A stretch of 19,287 bases of DNA from Welwitschia mirabilis (taxonomy: Eukaryota): contig JBOZIK010000001.1 of NCBI GenBank assembly GCA_051453625.1, positions 36,496,391-36,515,677 of the forward strand, in the 5' to 3' direction. A model generated the notes under the pieces. It saw nothing but the letters and a program-made list of their open reading frames with translations. It did not search any database and had not been told where the DNA came from. Below, in pieces: positions 1 to 11,635 of this stretch. Position 1 is the stretch's first letter; the number at the start of each line of letters is the position of its first letter. The translations under genes were made by a program, and so were the position numbers.

Positions 1-644
1 TTTAGTCTAATGCAAGATGCTCTTAGGAATCAATTTAATATTGAGTGGAAGATTTTATCGATAGAAAGCATGTCTTTCTTTAGAAGTATCATTGTTAGAA
101 CTTTTTTCAGGGGGACTAGGTTAACATATTTTCTAGAGGAGATCAAATACATATTATTTCTTTAGTTAAGCCTTAATACAATGCTTTAAAGAAGTTATCA
201 GATATCCTTTTATAATACTTGGTAATTTAATGTTTATTAGGGTGTAACTCCTTTAATGCTATTATCTCAAGGGTGTGATTAGCATTGTTCCCCTCTTTTC
301 TTGTATTGGACACCTTAACAACCCCTCCTCCACCTTTTGTCATTGATGTAACCTTTATGCATTAAGCGTAAGCTCCACTACCCCACCCTTTCTCTGACAT
401 TGATCTTCAAACTGCTATAGAAATTCTCACCAAATAGTAGGAATTATTTATTTTTCAAATCAAATTCAAGTTCTTGGGATATATTAGAAGCAACTTGTTA
501 AAGTCACACGAGTCATCTAACTTCATTGATAAATGCACAAGAACCCAAATATATTCAAGATTTGTGCAGAAATGTTAGTAATGGATGCTAGGTTTGTAGC
601 CATGATGTTAATTCTTATAATGATTTTACTAGATGTTAATGGTC

Positions 645-649
645 TAAAG
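645..649 (+). repeat. Left target-site duplication TAAAG (right copy CAAAG at 11721-11725)
   Basis: 5-bp direct repeat with one C/T transition, immediately flanking both ends of the LTR homology. Confidence 0.7.
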
Positions 650-3262
650 TATGTGATCATTCTCTTCTAGCTCCTTGTTATCACCTATTAGTATCCATCC
701 TAAAACAACATGATTAAATGAGTGCGGCGATATAAAGATAACAAGATGACAATACTCCAAACAACAATAATCATGTAACGCCAAGCAAAACTCATCAAAC
801 AACATCACATCGAAGAGTGGAGAGGAGATCACAATGGATCAAAAAATAGACACCATGCAAAAAAATGACAAATGAGAGAAAAATGTGAATAGAGAGTATT
901 TAATAGCAGTAATAACAATGGCAATTGAAATGAAGAAGAGCTACCACAATATCTGAAAAGTGGCCCATGAAAGAATCTTTATCAAAGCTATGGCTAATAT
1001 ACCATCACAATCCAATGGATCTAAAGGATAATGCCACACGAAACTAGAAACTTAAAAATTAGCATTATGGTTTTCTCCACTATTTCTAAATAGAAAAGAA
1101 TCCCAAAACACACCTGGGCCTTTCTCTGCTACTTTACTACTCTTCTGTGTGTCTTTTCTTGTAGACTCCTTGTCTAGTGACCTTGGCTGTTTTTTGTTTT
1201 CTTCACCTTTCTTATTATTATCATTGATGGAGTAGGTCTAAGAAGGACTCAGCCATAGAAAAAGGGGGACATAGAGGTAAAGATTTCTAGGAGAAATAGA
1301 AAGCATTCTAGTTGCAGAAACGTTGCAAAAGTACCAAGGGAAAAGAACATAGCGAAGTTATATCAAATGGAGAAAATAAAACACATCAGATCAGATTAAG
1401 AGGGAACAACATCAAGCCTATGTAAAAATATTTGGTAAAAGACAACATTGAGAATAGTGATTAGTAGAGATAAAGGCCAGATCTAAAAGCATCAGGAAAG
1501 GATTGGAAATGACAAAGTTGCTAAAAATATAGGCTCCAATTCATTTGAGAGACATTTGACTTTCCACATAATTGTGAAAATGTGTATGAATTTATGCATA
1601 TTAAATATTTAAGTTTTATTTTGGGTTAAATATTATTCTTAATGTTTGATCAATACTATTCTCTCATTTAGATAGTTTATGTCATAATAGTAATTTTTTT
1701 TCTTAAAAAAAAGAAATAAGACTTATCCTAAGGAAATATAGTCAATCATCACAATGTTGTACTTAGGCCTTAGAAAGGGATTTGGTCATGTCATTGCAAT
1801 ATTATTTTAATAATTTATGGGCATTATACCATGTTAAAAGGAAGTGTAAAATGTATGATATGATACTATATTTTATTTTTACTTCTTTTATAAAATCATG
1901 TTTCATGGGCCTTGAATCCACATGATCACACACTTGTACTTTTTTTTTATCAAGTATCATACCTTTTTAATCAAATATAATACTTGACATTATAAACCTA
2001 TATAATGATAATTTGATTCTAGGAATAAATACATTGGAATAAACTACATATCAATCAATAGAAATCTAAGCTATAAAGGATTTTGTNNNNNNNNNNNNNN
2101 NNNNNNNNNNNNNNNNNNNNNNNNNNNNNNNNNNNNNNNNNNNNNNNNNNNNNNNNNNNNNNNNNNNNNNNNNNNNNNNNNNNNNNNNNNNNNNNNNNNN
2201 NNNNNNNNNNNNNNNNNNNNNNNNNNNNNNNNNNNNNNNNNNNNNNNNNNNNNNNNNNNNNNNNNNNNNNNNNNNNNNNNNNNNNNNNNNNNNNNNNNNN
2301 NNNNNNNNNNNNNNNGACAGTTCTTTTAAATATGAATTTAGTAAGTTTCATTCTAGAAGCATACTATTTTGAATTTTAAGAAATGTTATATATGCATCTC
2401 TATGTTATTTTCAAAAACACACCTATAGCTCATTTTCAAATGCTTCTATATTGCTAATACTATTGTCAAAATTCATTATGAAACCAATGTTATAGAGTCT
2501 AACCAGATTCTAGAAATTTCATATAAAATACTACTTTTATTTTCAGGTGATTCGTACATTATAATTTCTGAATTATCTGCATATCCAAAATTTCAATTTT
2601 ATGAGTTAAAAAAGTTCTCTATTATTGGATTAAAAAAACAAAAAAAAATTGTCATTCAATAAAATTCTTAATCAAATTAAGGATTAGAAAGAAAAATGGG
2701 CCTTTTTACTTTCAACCTCAGGATGTCACCAATTGAAATAATTACACAACATTGATAAAAAAAGGATTTCATGCAGACTATTCAGAACCTATAAGGAAAT
2801 ACAACATTGCTAGAAAATCCCATAATAATTTTGCATCTATCATAAAAGTCAATAGGTCTTTAATAAAACCAATCTGACGTTGCAAAATTCATTTTTAGTC
2901 AAACCAAGTCAATCTAGCTCAGTCAAAGTTAATCAAATTTAGTTAAACTAAAACTAGTCAAACCAAGTTAAATGAAGTCAAACTTAGTCAACAATGCCAT
3001 AACAACTTATTCAAATTTGGTCAAATGATCAAATTCAGTCAAATTCTTTCAAAATAGAGTTTGTCAAAGTTAGTGAAAGTTAGTCATCATAGTCAACCAC
3101 ATCAACCCCAGCCAAACTCGGTCAACCTTAATCAAACTAAGTCAAATTATCAAATTTAGCTTAAACCCAGTCAGATCACTATTAAACCACTTAAAGCACC
3201 TATCATCACATAACATTAGAACTAATCCATCATTTATGGAAAATTAAAAAATATCGTAAATA
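650..3262 (+). repeat. 5' LTR (contains a 229-N gap)
   Basis: 650-2086 aligns by eye with 9799-11264 (14 mismatches in the first 60 bp compared, 12 of them transitions); about 2951-3262 aligns with about 11412-11720; ends CGTAAATA (CA>TA) followed by GCT and a PBS. Confidence 0.85.
2897..3180 (+). repeat. Degenerate ~10-bp tandem repeat (AGTCAAACTA-like) in the 5' LTR
   Basis: Recurrent GTCAAA/GTTAAA/ATCAAA at about 9-10 bp spacing. Confidence 0.75.
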
Positions 3263-3265
3263 GCT

Positions 3266-3281
3266 TGGTACTAAAAGAGGG
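3266..3281 (+). other. Primer-binding site, degenerate (tRNA-Asn type)
   Basis: TGGTACTAAAAGAGGG, 3 nt after the 5' LTR end; derivable from TGGCGCTAGAAGGAGGG by three transitions (CG>TA, G>A) and a 1-nt deletion. Confidence 0.75.
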
Positions 3282-3365
3282 CCTCTTTAGTTGGTTATCA
3301 ATAATTTTTGAGGTCTTTCACATTCATCTTTTCCATTGCCTTATTATAAATTAAAAGCAGTGAAA

Positions 3366-5810
3366 ATGCCAATATTAATAAGATGTAAAAAGGCTTGCAT
3401 TTCTGAGGAGATGTACAAACTCCTCATCCAACAAGGCCACTTTACACTTACCATAGATGAGCTTCATGTCATTATGGATAACAGAGATTTTTGGGACTTG
3501 TACCTTGTCCATCTTAGTGAGAAAATCCATGTCTTGGTATTTAAGAGGTTAGGGTTAACTAGTTAAGAAATAAGCCAAACTCGTCAAAATGAACTCCTTC
3601 ATGAAAGAAGCAATGATGAAGATTTTATTAATAAATGGGGAAATGAATGGGGAAATGAAAAAAACCCAAAAACCTAGTAATAATCAAAAGCACAAGGTCT
3701 AATGAGATAGGTTTACAACAATGATANNNNNNNNNNNNNNNNNNNNNNNNNNNNNNNNNNNNNNNNNNNNNNNNNNNNNNNNNNNNNNNNNNNNNNNNNN
3801 NNNNNNNNNNNNNNNNNNNNNNNNNNNNNNNNNNNNNNNNNNNNNNNNNNNNNNNNNNNNNNNNNNNNNNNNNNNNNNNNNNNNNNNNNNNNNNNNNNNN
3901 NNNNNNNNNNNNNNNNNNNNNNNNNNNNNNNNNNNNNNNNNNNNNNNNNNNNNNNNNNNNNNNNNNNNNNNNNNNNNNNNNNNNNNNNNNNNNNNNNNNN
4001 NNNNNNNNNNNNNNNNNNNNNNNNNNNNNNNNNNNNNNNNNNNNNNNNNNNNNNNNNNNNNNNNNNNNNNNNNNNNNNNNNNNNNNNNNNNNNNNNNNNN
4101 NNNNNNNNNNNNNNNNNNNNNNNNNNNNNNNNNNNNNNNNNNNNNNNNNNNNNNNNNNNNNNNNNNNNNNNNNNNNNNNNNNNNNNNNNNNNNNNNNNNN
4201 NNNNNNNNNNNNNNNNNNNNNNNNNNNNNNNNNNNNNNNNNNNNNNNNNNNNNNNNNNNNNNNNNNNNNNNNNNNNNNNNNNNNNNNNNNNNNNNNNNNN
4301 NNNNNNNNNNNNNNNNNNNNNNNNNNNNNNNNNNNNNNNNNNNNNNNNNNNNNNNNNNNNNNNNNNNNNNNNNNNNNNNNNNNNNNNNNNNNNNNNNNNN
4401 NNNNNNNNNNNNNNNNNNNNNNNNNNNNNNNNNNNNNNNNNNNNNNNNNNNNNNNNNNNNNNNNNNNNNNNNNNNNNNNAGTAATAATCAAAAGCACAAG
4501 GTCTAATGAGATAGGTTTACAACAATGATAGCTTATTCGAGTACTCCACACATGAAGAAGAATCACCTAAAAATAGGCAAGTTGAAAATAAAACTCTCAA
4601 TCAACTTAATTTGATAACCACTTGGGAATATATTAATGACCCAAAATGAGATCTTCAAAACAAGAAAAGCTATTAAGATTCCAACTTTGATGATACTATG
4701 ATTTACCCCTTTCTATTCCTTATAAAATCATATCACCTAGTGAAATGTCTGACTTTGAGAAATTCACAATTGTATAAGATCCTATCATGCATGTAAGAAA
4801 CTACAAACATGCATGTTATATATGCAACATCGAAAGAAACACAACCTATCCCCTATTTTGTTGATCTTTAAAATAATAAGCCATCGAATGGTACAACAGG
4901 ATACCAACTCATTCAATCATAAGTCTAAAACAACAATTAAAAATAGTTATTCAACATTACTCCATTAATATCACAAAACAAATGATGTAAGATACCTTGA
5001 ATATAATGAAACAACAACTCAATAAAACTGTACAAGACTATGCACGACGATGAAGAGTTATTGCCTTATAACTAGAAACCTTCATTGTAGATTTTGATAT
5101 GGCTTATCTATTTGCAAAGTCATGCATTCCATATGTTTTAGAACACCTCAAAATTTAGTCATTCAAAACCTCTAAACAAGATATCATCCTAGGAAAAAGG
5201 ATTAAAGTTATAGGAGAAGAGAAAGGAGCCGTAAAATATGGTAATACCTCCAAAACAAAAATCATACAAAAGGGACAACAATAACCCTAGAGGCAGTAAC
5301 ATAAAGAATGTTGTTGTTATTAATTAACCAATTCAACTAGTTTACTCATTCCAACTAATGGACAATCTAATGATGGTACCGATGGTATCTTAAGCTACTT
5401 TTGCTTCATAAGCTTTTGCTCTAAAAGCTTTTTCTTTTTAACTGTCTTATCATCAATTATTTTACCCTCCACTATGACAAGTGCAACTTTCACTGCCACG
5501 ACAACCTTAACAATAGGCATATAATCTTAAAATTAAGGTCAAAATAGGCCCCGAAATAAAACTATAATTTCTCAATTTAAAATGAGTTTTATGAGATTAA
5601 ATATCCTAATGAAATAAATCCTCTTAATGCTACTGAAAAAGGGGGTAATTTAATTACCTCTAATTAGACAGTGGGACCCAAATGCTCCCAAACTAAGAGG
5701 GTACAATGAGTCAAAGTATTATGAGTACCATCAAACCTGAGGACATCATACTGACAATTATTTCAATCTAAGATACATTATTCAAGATATTATCAAAAAC
5801 AAAAAGGACA
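3366..5810 (+). pseudogene. gag: Degenerate retrotransposon gag (Retrotrans_gag capsid domain + CHHC-type zinc knuckle)
   Basis: From 4745: MSDFEKFTIV*DPIMHVRNYKHAC...LFC*SLK**AIEWYNRIPTHSI...MKQQLNKTVQDYARR*RVIA; from 5672: WDPNAPKLRGYNESKYYEYHQT*GHHTDNYFNLRYIIQDII (CxYHxxxGHxTxxC with both C>Y). The start at 3366 (MPILIRCKKA) is tentative. Confidence 0.88.
3676..4530. other. Assembly gap (N 3727-4479) flanked by an exact 51-bp overlap
   Basis: 3676-3726 is identical to 4480-4530. Confidence 0.9.
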
Positions 5811-6307
5811 TTATCTTAGCAGCTATAAATGAACAACTTGAGATTTATAAGAACCCCTTTTCCTGCTCAATCTCCTATATCGCAACCACCACAGAATGCA
5901 GCATTTTAAAATGACGACAGTCCCTATACAATCTAATTAATCCAAGATTAATTTGAGAAATCATTAGAATAAGTCATTTAGAAGAATAAAAAAAAATTAA
6001 AAGCAATGATTTGAGAAGAATATCCGTAAACTCATCCTCTTCTTCGATCACATACACTAATGTAGTCACTTGCCTCTAACGTAAAGAAGGCATATCATTA
6101 TTTAATCTCACTAATTGAGAGCTCTGAGCATCATAGAATCACATTCAAAAAGATATATAAAAAGTGTTTAAGGTTGAATTTATCTCTTGATTAAAATCAA
6201 CCACATAGAGAAGGAACCACCTCAAAGCAGGTGCATGCCCAAAAGAGTGATAAGATGAGAAGATAATCTAGTTCTTACACCACAAGATTTCTATAAACCC
6301 CAAGAAG

Positions 6308-6665
6308 ATGATCATTGCTGAACTGCCTTATGTATTTTTAAACATCGAGCCTACAAAAGCAAGCAAAGCTTTTATCGATTGTGAAGCCAAACTAGATGTG
6401 ATAGGTCTGTCATGCCTTGTGAAGCTTAAAATGGACCATCTTTTAAACACAAAGAAAAGTGTGATAATAAGAGGGTTCAATGATCATGAGGACGAATCAA
6501 AAGGAATAGTTACTTTATCTGTTGAAGTGGCTTAAAAGATCAATGATACTAAATTTTACATAATAAATGATGCAGTAACATTTAATTTGTTATTGGGACG
6601 TCCTTTGATAATGGACATGAGGATAATCAAATATCAACCCTATCAAAAGATAAAAATTTATTGGC
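6308..6665 (+). pseudogene. Degenerate retroviral-type aspartic protease
   Basis: KAFIDCEAKLDVI (decayed IDxGA active-site region)...IRGFND...GIVTLSVEVA*KINDTKFYII...FNLLLGRPLIMDM...YQKIK in one frame with one stop; the NLLLGRP(W) motif is typical of Tat/Ogre proteases. Confidence 0.88.
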
Positions 6666-9600
6666 TCTAAAATTTCAGTATCATTACAATGAAATCATAC
6701 TATGACAAATGTAAAAGCTCCATCAATATCATCTTCTCCATCACCACCTTCTACACTTGAGAAGATGACTATTCCTTTCTTACATTTTACACATGATTTA
6801 GTAGACCCTCATAAGATGGAGGTCTCACTCATTTCTGACACTTAAATCTTAGATATGCGATGAATTCCATTCCTCTTAGATGAATTTTCATTAACTCATG
6901 ACTTAAAATTCTCTTAAAAAAGGAAAAATTCAAAAATTAAAAAAAGGAAATTCCTAAAAAATTAAGAAACTCAAAACAACAAAAAAGAAAAGAATGAAAA
7001 CACAAGAACGAAAACATGTACATATGTGTATATACAAAAAAAAAAAATTAAAAAAAGAATAAAATATATAATACAGACAAAAAAACAATGAAATAAGGGG
7101 AAAAACAAATCAAAAGTTAAAATAAAAAAATAGATTAAAAAATATTAGTTCACTTATTTAGTTAAAACACAAAGGACAAAGTTCTTAATGGTCAAAGTAC
7201 CTCATACAAAATGAGTTCATGCATCCAAGCAAAGTCTCAGTGGCTAAGCAAAAGCATCATATTATCACACTACTCATAAACATTCGTGAAGCATAATGTT
7301 CCAAAACCTTTTTTTAAGGAAAAAAAATGAAAAAGCAAAGTCTTTTCTAAAATAGTTTATATACTTACTTTTTGAGTCTTTTAGTTAAAGTAGTTTGACA
7401 TCTTTTTTTAGTGTTTACTTTTAGTTTTCCTCTCATTGTTATTCTTATGTCAATTTCTTACTTATAGGATATCACAATAAGGAGTCAGTTGAGTGCATCC
7501 TTGCATTTCACCCTTAATGATCAACCTGTCGAAAGTATAACATAGGCCTTTTTCATTCTTGCACACATTTGACATTTTGGTTTTCATATTTGAAGTCTAA
7601 ACTATGACTAACAATCTTTCTCTAGTATTTCCTTCTTTTTATTGAAGGGCGCACACTACTTAACTTCAAGTACAATGTGAAGAAGGTGAAGTATTGGAAT
7701 TTTCTATAATTGATATTCCATTCCACAAGGCTCCACCCATGGAAGAAGATAGTGATGACATGTATCACATTGATCCATGCTATGACACACTTGTTTCTTC
7801 CTTAACCATGATTCACATCCTTACACAAGCCTTCTTATTTTACTTACTCTTATATCACCATTATCGTCCCACTAGACATTAGTGGGTACATATTCCCTCT
7901 ATCATACATCTCATCACATCCTCCATCCATCATCATTACCTCATTTACTTCATTTTACTCATATCTACCATGTCATCCTATTGGCCATACTCATGTCACA
8001 TATCCTAAGTTCTCATTTTCATCTTATTTACTAAAGGAAAAAAGAAAAAGAAGAGGAAAAAAAGTCAAAGCTAACAAAAAAAAAGATAATTTTTTTTTAA
8101 TATCTATATCTTTTTATTGCACAGCCTTTGGATACCTCTTGATAATGAGTTAACTTCTAAGTCTTTATCTTATAGAAAAGTGCATTTCAATGACTCTATT
8201 GAGGTTCTTAATTTAGATGCTATGAAAAACTTAGGATTAATGAACAATAGTCGAAGCTATGCTAGTTGATAACTGATATGTTCTCAATATGATAAAAGTA
8301 AATGAATAGGAAGATCATCTTAATTAAGAGATGTGATTTCCCTTTACCTTTAGCTAAGTGGCTCTTTAGCATAGTTCCTTAGTTAAGGTCATTTCTTTAT
8401 TTAATCGTCTGTTTGTTTGGTCTTGTGTTAAATTACATTCAAGTTTTATCAAATTAGTTTTTTACTTTTGGGCATTTATGATGGTAGTATTGACGTTCAC
8501 CTAATTTTAAAACATGTTCATGTCTATAATTTTAAGTGTCTTAAGTTATTCTTTGTTAGCATCAATTGTGTCGAATCTAATGCTTATCTTCAGTTGTGAG
8601 CTTTATAATTTACCATTCTAATAATCAAGTAATGTTCCCAGAAAAAAAAAGAGAATCCAAGCCAATTGATCCAAAAAAAGGGGAAAAAGGAAAAACAAAA
8701 GAAAAAAAATTTACAAAAAAAAAAAATCATGATGTCCTACTGCGAGTGCATCAGGGCAAATACTCTCAAGAGAGGCCTTTAGCAGTACGATATGGTAGTT
8801 GTGGAAACTCTACGAGGGTGTCAGTTAGTCATGACATAGCTTTGGCTTATGGATCCTTATGATCTTGGCAGTGGTTGCACTTCCTTCATTATGATGGATG
8901 GTGTTCTTTAAATACCCCACTAACTTTATTTTCCCATGCCTCTAAAGCTATGAATTCATGAACATTTAGAACATATTGGTTATTGGATGGTAAGTTAGTA
9001 AGATCTCACTTCTTGTCATAGTTAATGATTAGATTGAATTATAGTCTAGACACTATATTAATACTTTGTAGGATAACCATAGCCCTTGTCATAATCACTT
9101 CTCTTATCACATGATACTCTATGTTATTTAGCATCGAACCACATGTTAATGACATCAAACAATGTTATGATCCATACCAATGGACTTTGCTAGGTTAGCA
9201 TTTAGAGGTGTAGAAATCAATCTTATTCATGCCCTGTTTATCCATCTTCATCTAATATTTTCTTGGTATTTATGATTAATTATTTCAAAGTCATTGTTGC
9301 ATTTACTCTTACTTGCTTGAGACTAATCTCACTTTCCAGTTAGCTTGTTATCTTTTGGTATCCCTCCCTTTCACCACCCCTTTTACCACCTTGCAATGTT
9401 GTGATAATCTGTTTTCCATTGTTATCACCTTTAGTCTTGTTTACTTTACTTAAAACTCTCCTATACCCTAATACATCCTTGTCCATTTTCATAATTATGG
9501 TTAGATATCATTTATTCTTACCATTTCCCATTTTCTGCATTTATCCCTATTCCTTTTCCCTCATATACTACCATGTTACATCACTCATATCATGTTTTCA

Positions 9601-9785
9601 TATCTTTCCCGTCTATCCATTGAACATCCCTTTATTCATGGTATTTATGTTTCTTATACAAATAAGATATAGAGAAAATCAAAAAAGAATAAGGGAAAAA
9701 AGGAGAAAAAAGGAAAACTAAAGTAACTTGGCCCGTATCAAAATGTTGTTTTAATACGGAGCTTCATTCCACTCACTTCTACATC

Positions 9786-9794
9786 AAAAGGGGG
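9786..9794 (+). other. Polypurine tract
   Basis: AAAAGGGGG followed by CACT and then the 3' LTR start, typical Tat/Ogre-type spacing. Confidence 0.85.
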
Positions 9795-11272
9795 CACTTA
9801 TGTGATCATTTTCTTCTCGCTCCCTATTAACACCTGTTGGCATTCATCCCAAGACAATGCAATTAGATGAGTGTAATGACATAGAAGATAATGAGACAGT
9901 AGTACACAAAACAACAATGATCATGTAACGCTAAGTAAAAATCATCAAACAATGTCATATCGAAGAGCAAAGAGATCAAAATGGATAAAAAACCACACAC
10001 AACACAGAAAAAATGATGGGCAAGAGAAAAACACAAGCAGAGGGTATTTAATAGCACTAACAACAATGGCAATTAAAATGAAGAAGAGCTATCATAATAT
10101 CTAAAAAGTGACCCATAAAAGAATCCCCATTAAAGCTATGACTAACATATCACCAGAATCCAGTGGATTTAAAAGATAATGCCATGCAAAACTAGAAACT
10201 TGAAAATTAGCACTAGATTTTTCTCTGTCGTTTCTAGATAGAAAAGAATCCCAGAATACACCTGGGCCTTTCTCAGCTACTTTGCTACTCTTCTGTGTAC
10301 CTTTTCTTGTAGACTCGTTGTCTAGTGGCCCTGACTATTTTTCATTTTCCATTTGCTTCACTTTTCTTTTTATTGTCATTGATAGAGTAGATCTAAGAGG
10401 GACTCAACCATAGAAAAAAAGGGACTTAAAGGCAAAGATCTCTAGGAGAAACGAAAAGCATTCCAGTTGCAATAAGGCTATAAAAGTACCAGGGGAAAAG
10501 AACACAGTGAAGTTACATCAAAGGGAGAAAATAAAACGCATCAGATTAGATCGAGTAGGAACGACAATAAGGCTATGTAAAAATCTTGGATAAAAGGCAA
10601 CACTGAGAACAATGACTAGTAGAGATAGAGGACAGATCTAAAAGTGACAGGGAAGGATTGGAAATGATAAAATCACTAAAAATATAGGTTCTAATTCATC
10701 AAAGAGACTTTTGATTTTTTGCATAATTGCAAAAACGTGTATGGATTTATGCATATTGAATCTTTAAGTTTTACTTTGGGTTAAAATATTATTCTTAATG
10801 TCTTGTCAATACTATTCTCTTATTTAGGTATTTTATTTCATGATAGCAATTTTGCTTTTTAAAAAAGAGAAAGAAGACTTGTCCTAAGGAAATATAGTCA
10901 ATCATCACAATGTTATGCTTAGGCCTTGAAAAGGGATTAGGTTACATCATTGCAATATTATTTTAATAATTTATGGGTATTATACCATATTAAAAGGAAG
11001 TTTAAGATGTATGACATGATACTATATTTTCTTTTTACTTCTTTTATAAAACCATATTTCATAAGCCCTGAATCCACTTAATCACACATTTGTACTTCAC
11101 TTTATCAAGTTTCATACCTCTCTAATAAAATAACTGTTATTATTTGTTAAATCTAAGACTTAACATTATGAACCTATATGATGATAGTTTGATTCTAGAG
11201 GTAAATAGATTGGAATAAAGTACATACCAATCAGATAGAAATATAAAGTTATGAAGGATTTTGTAAAGAGTT

Positions 11273-11289
11273 TGGCGCTAGAAGGAGGG
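11273..11289 (+). other. Second, intact PBS-like site embedded inside the 3' LTR (complementary to the 3' end of plant tRNA-Asn GTT)
   Basis: TGGCGCTAGAAGGAGGG is the reverse complement of CCCTCCTTCTAGCG-CCA, the recalled 3' end of plant cytosolic tRNA-Asn; preceded by GTAAAGA-GTT, which mimics the LTR end GTAAACA plus a 3-nt spacer. Confidence 0.85.
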
Positions 11290-11334
11290 CCATACTCAAA
11301 CACTATAGAATGAGATTAAAAAATATTTTAATGT

Positions 11335-11635
11335 TGTCAAACATGATCAAAATTAATTAAATTTGATCAAATTATCAAATCACAGTTAAATTCTATCAAA
11401 ACACAATGCCGAAACTAGTCAAACTAAGTCAAATAAAGTGAAAATTAGTTAACACTGCCATAACAACTTATTAAAATTTGGTCAAATGGATAAATTTAAT
11501 TAAATTATATCAAAACAAAGTCAAAGTTAGTGAAAGTTAGTCAATCATAGTCAATCACATTCAAACCCAGTCAAACTTGGTCAAGCTTAGTTAAACTAAG
11601 TTAAATTATTAAATTTATCTTAGACCTAGCTAAAT
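11335..11635 (+). repeat. Degenerate ~10-bp tandem repeat in the 3' LTR
   Basis: Same GTCAAA-periodic array as 2897-3180. Confidence 0.75.

Noticed and set aside
1..644. Left flank as a possible decayed LINE ORF1 (FKICAEM resembles ARICVE)
   Set aside because: Only one short loose motif and no supporting frame; insufficient evidence.
2897..3180. Periodic array as CRISPR-like or ribozyme array
   Set aside because: Eukaryotic LTR context, ~10-bp degenerate monomers with no unique spacers and no ribozyme core motifs.
2055..4566. ORF-track entries made mostly of X (2055-2351, 2083-2379, 3628-4566, 3721-4506)
   Set aside because: Artefacts of N runs lacking stop codons.
5310..5530. T-rich stretch inside gag that looked like an inversion or insertion
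   Set aside because: Reads naturally on the + strand as a Pro/Gln/Ala-rich gag linker after C>T decay (for example GCT TTT GCT from GCT CCT GCT, TAA from CAA); gag motifs resume at about 5580.
8596..9721. Lys-rich ORF 8596-8862 and hydrophobic ORF 9401-9721 as possible env-like or extra ORFs
   Set aside because: Composition is explained by A-tracts and pyrimidine-rich low-complexity DNA; non-ATG starts and no motif.
644..10072. Similar minus-strand ORFs at 644-832 and 9863-10072
   Set aside because: They resemble each other only because they are the two LTR copies; no recognisable protein.
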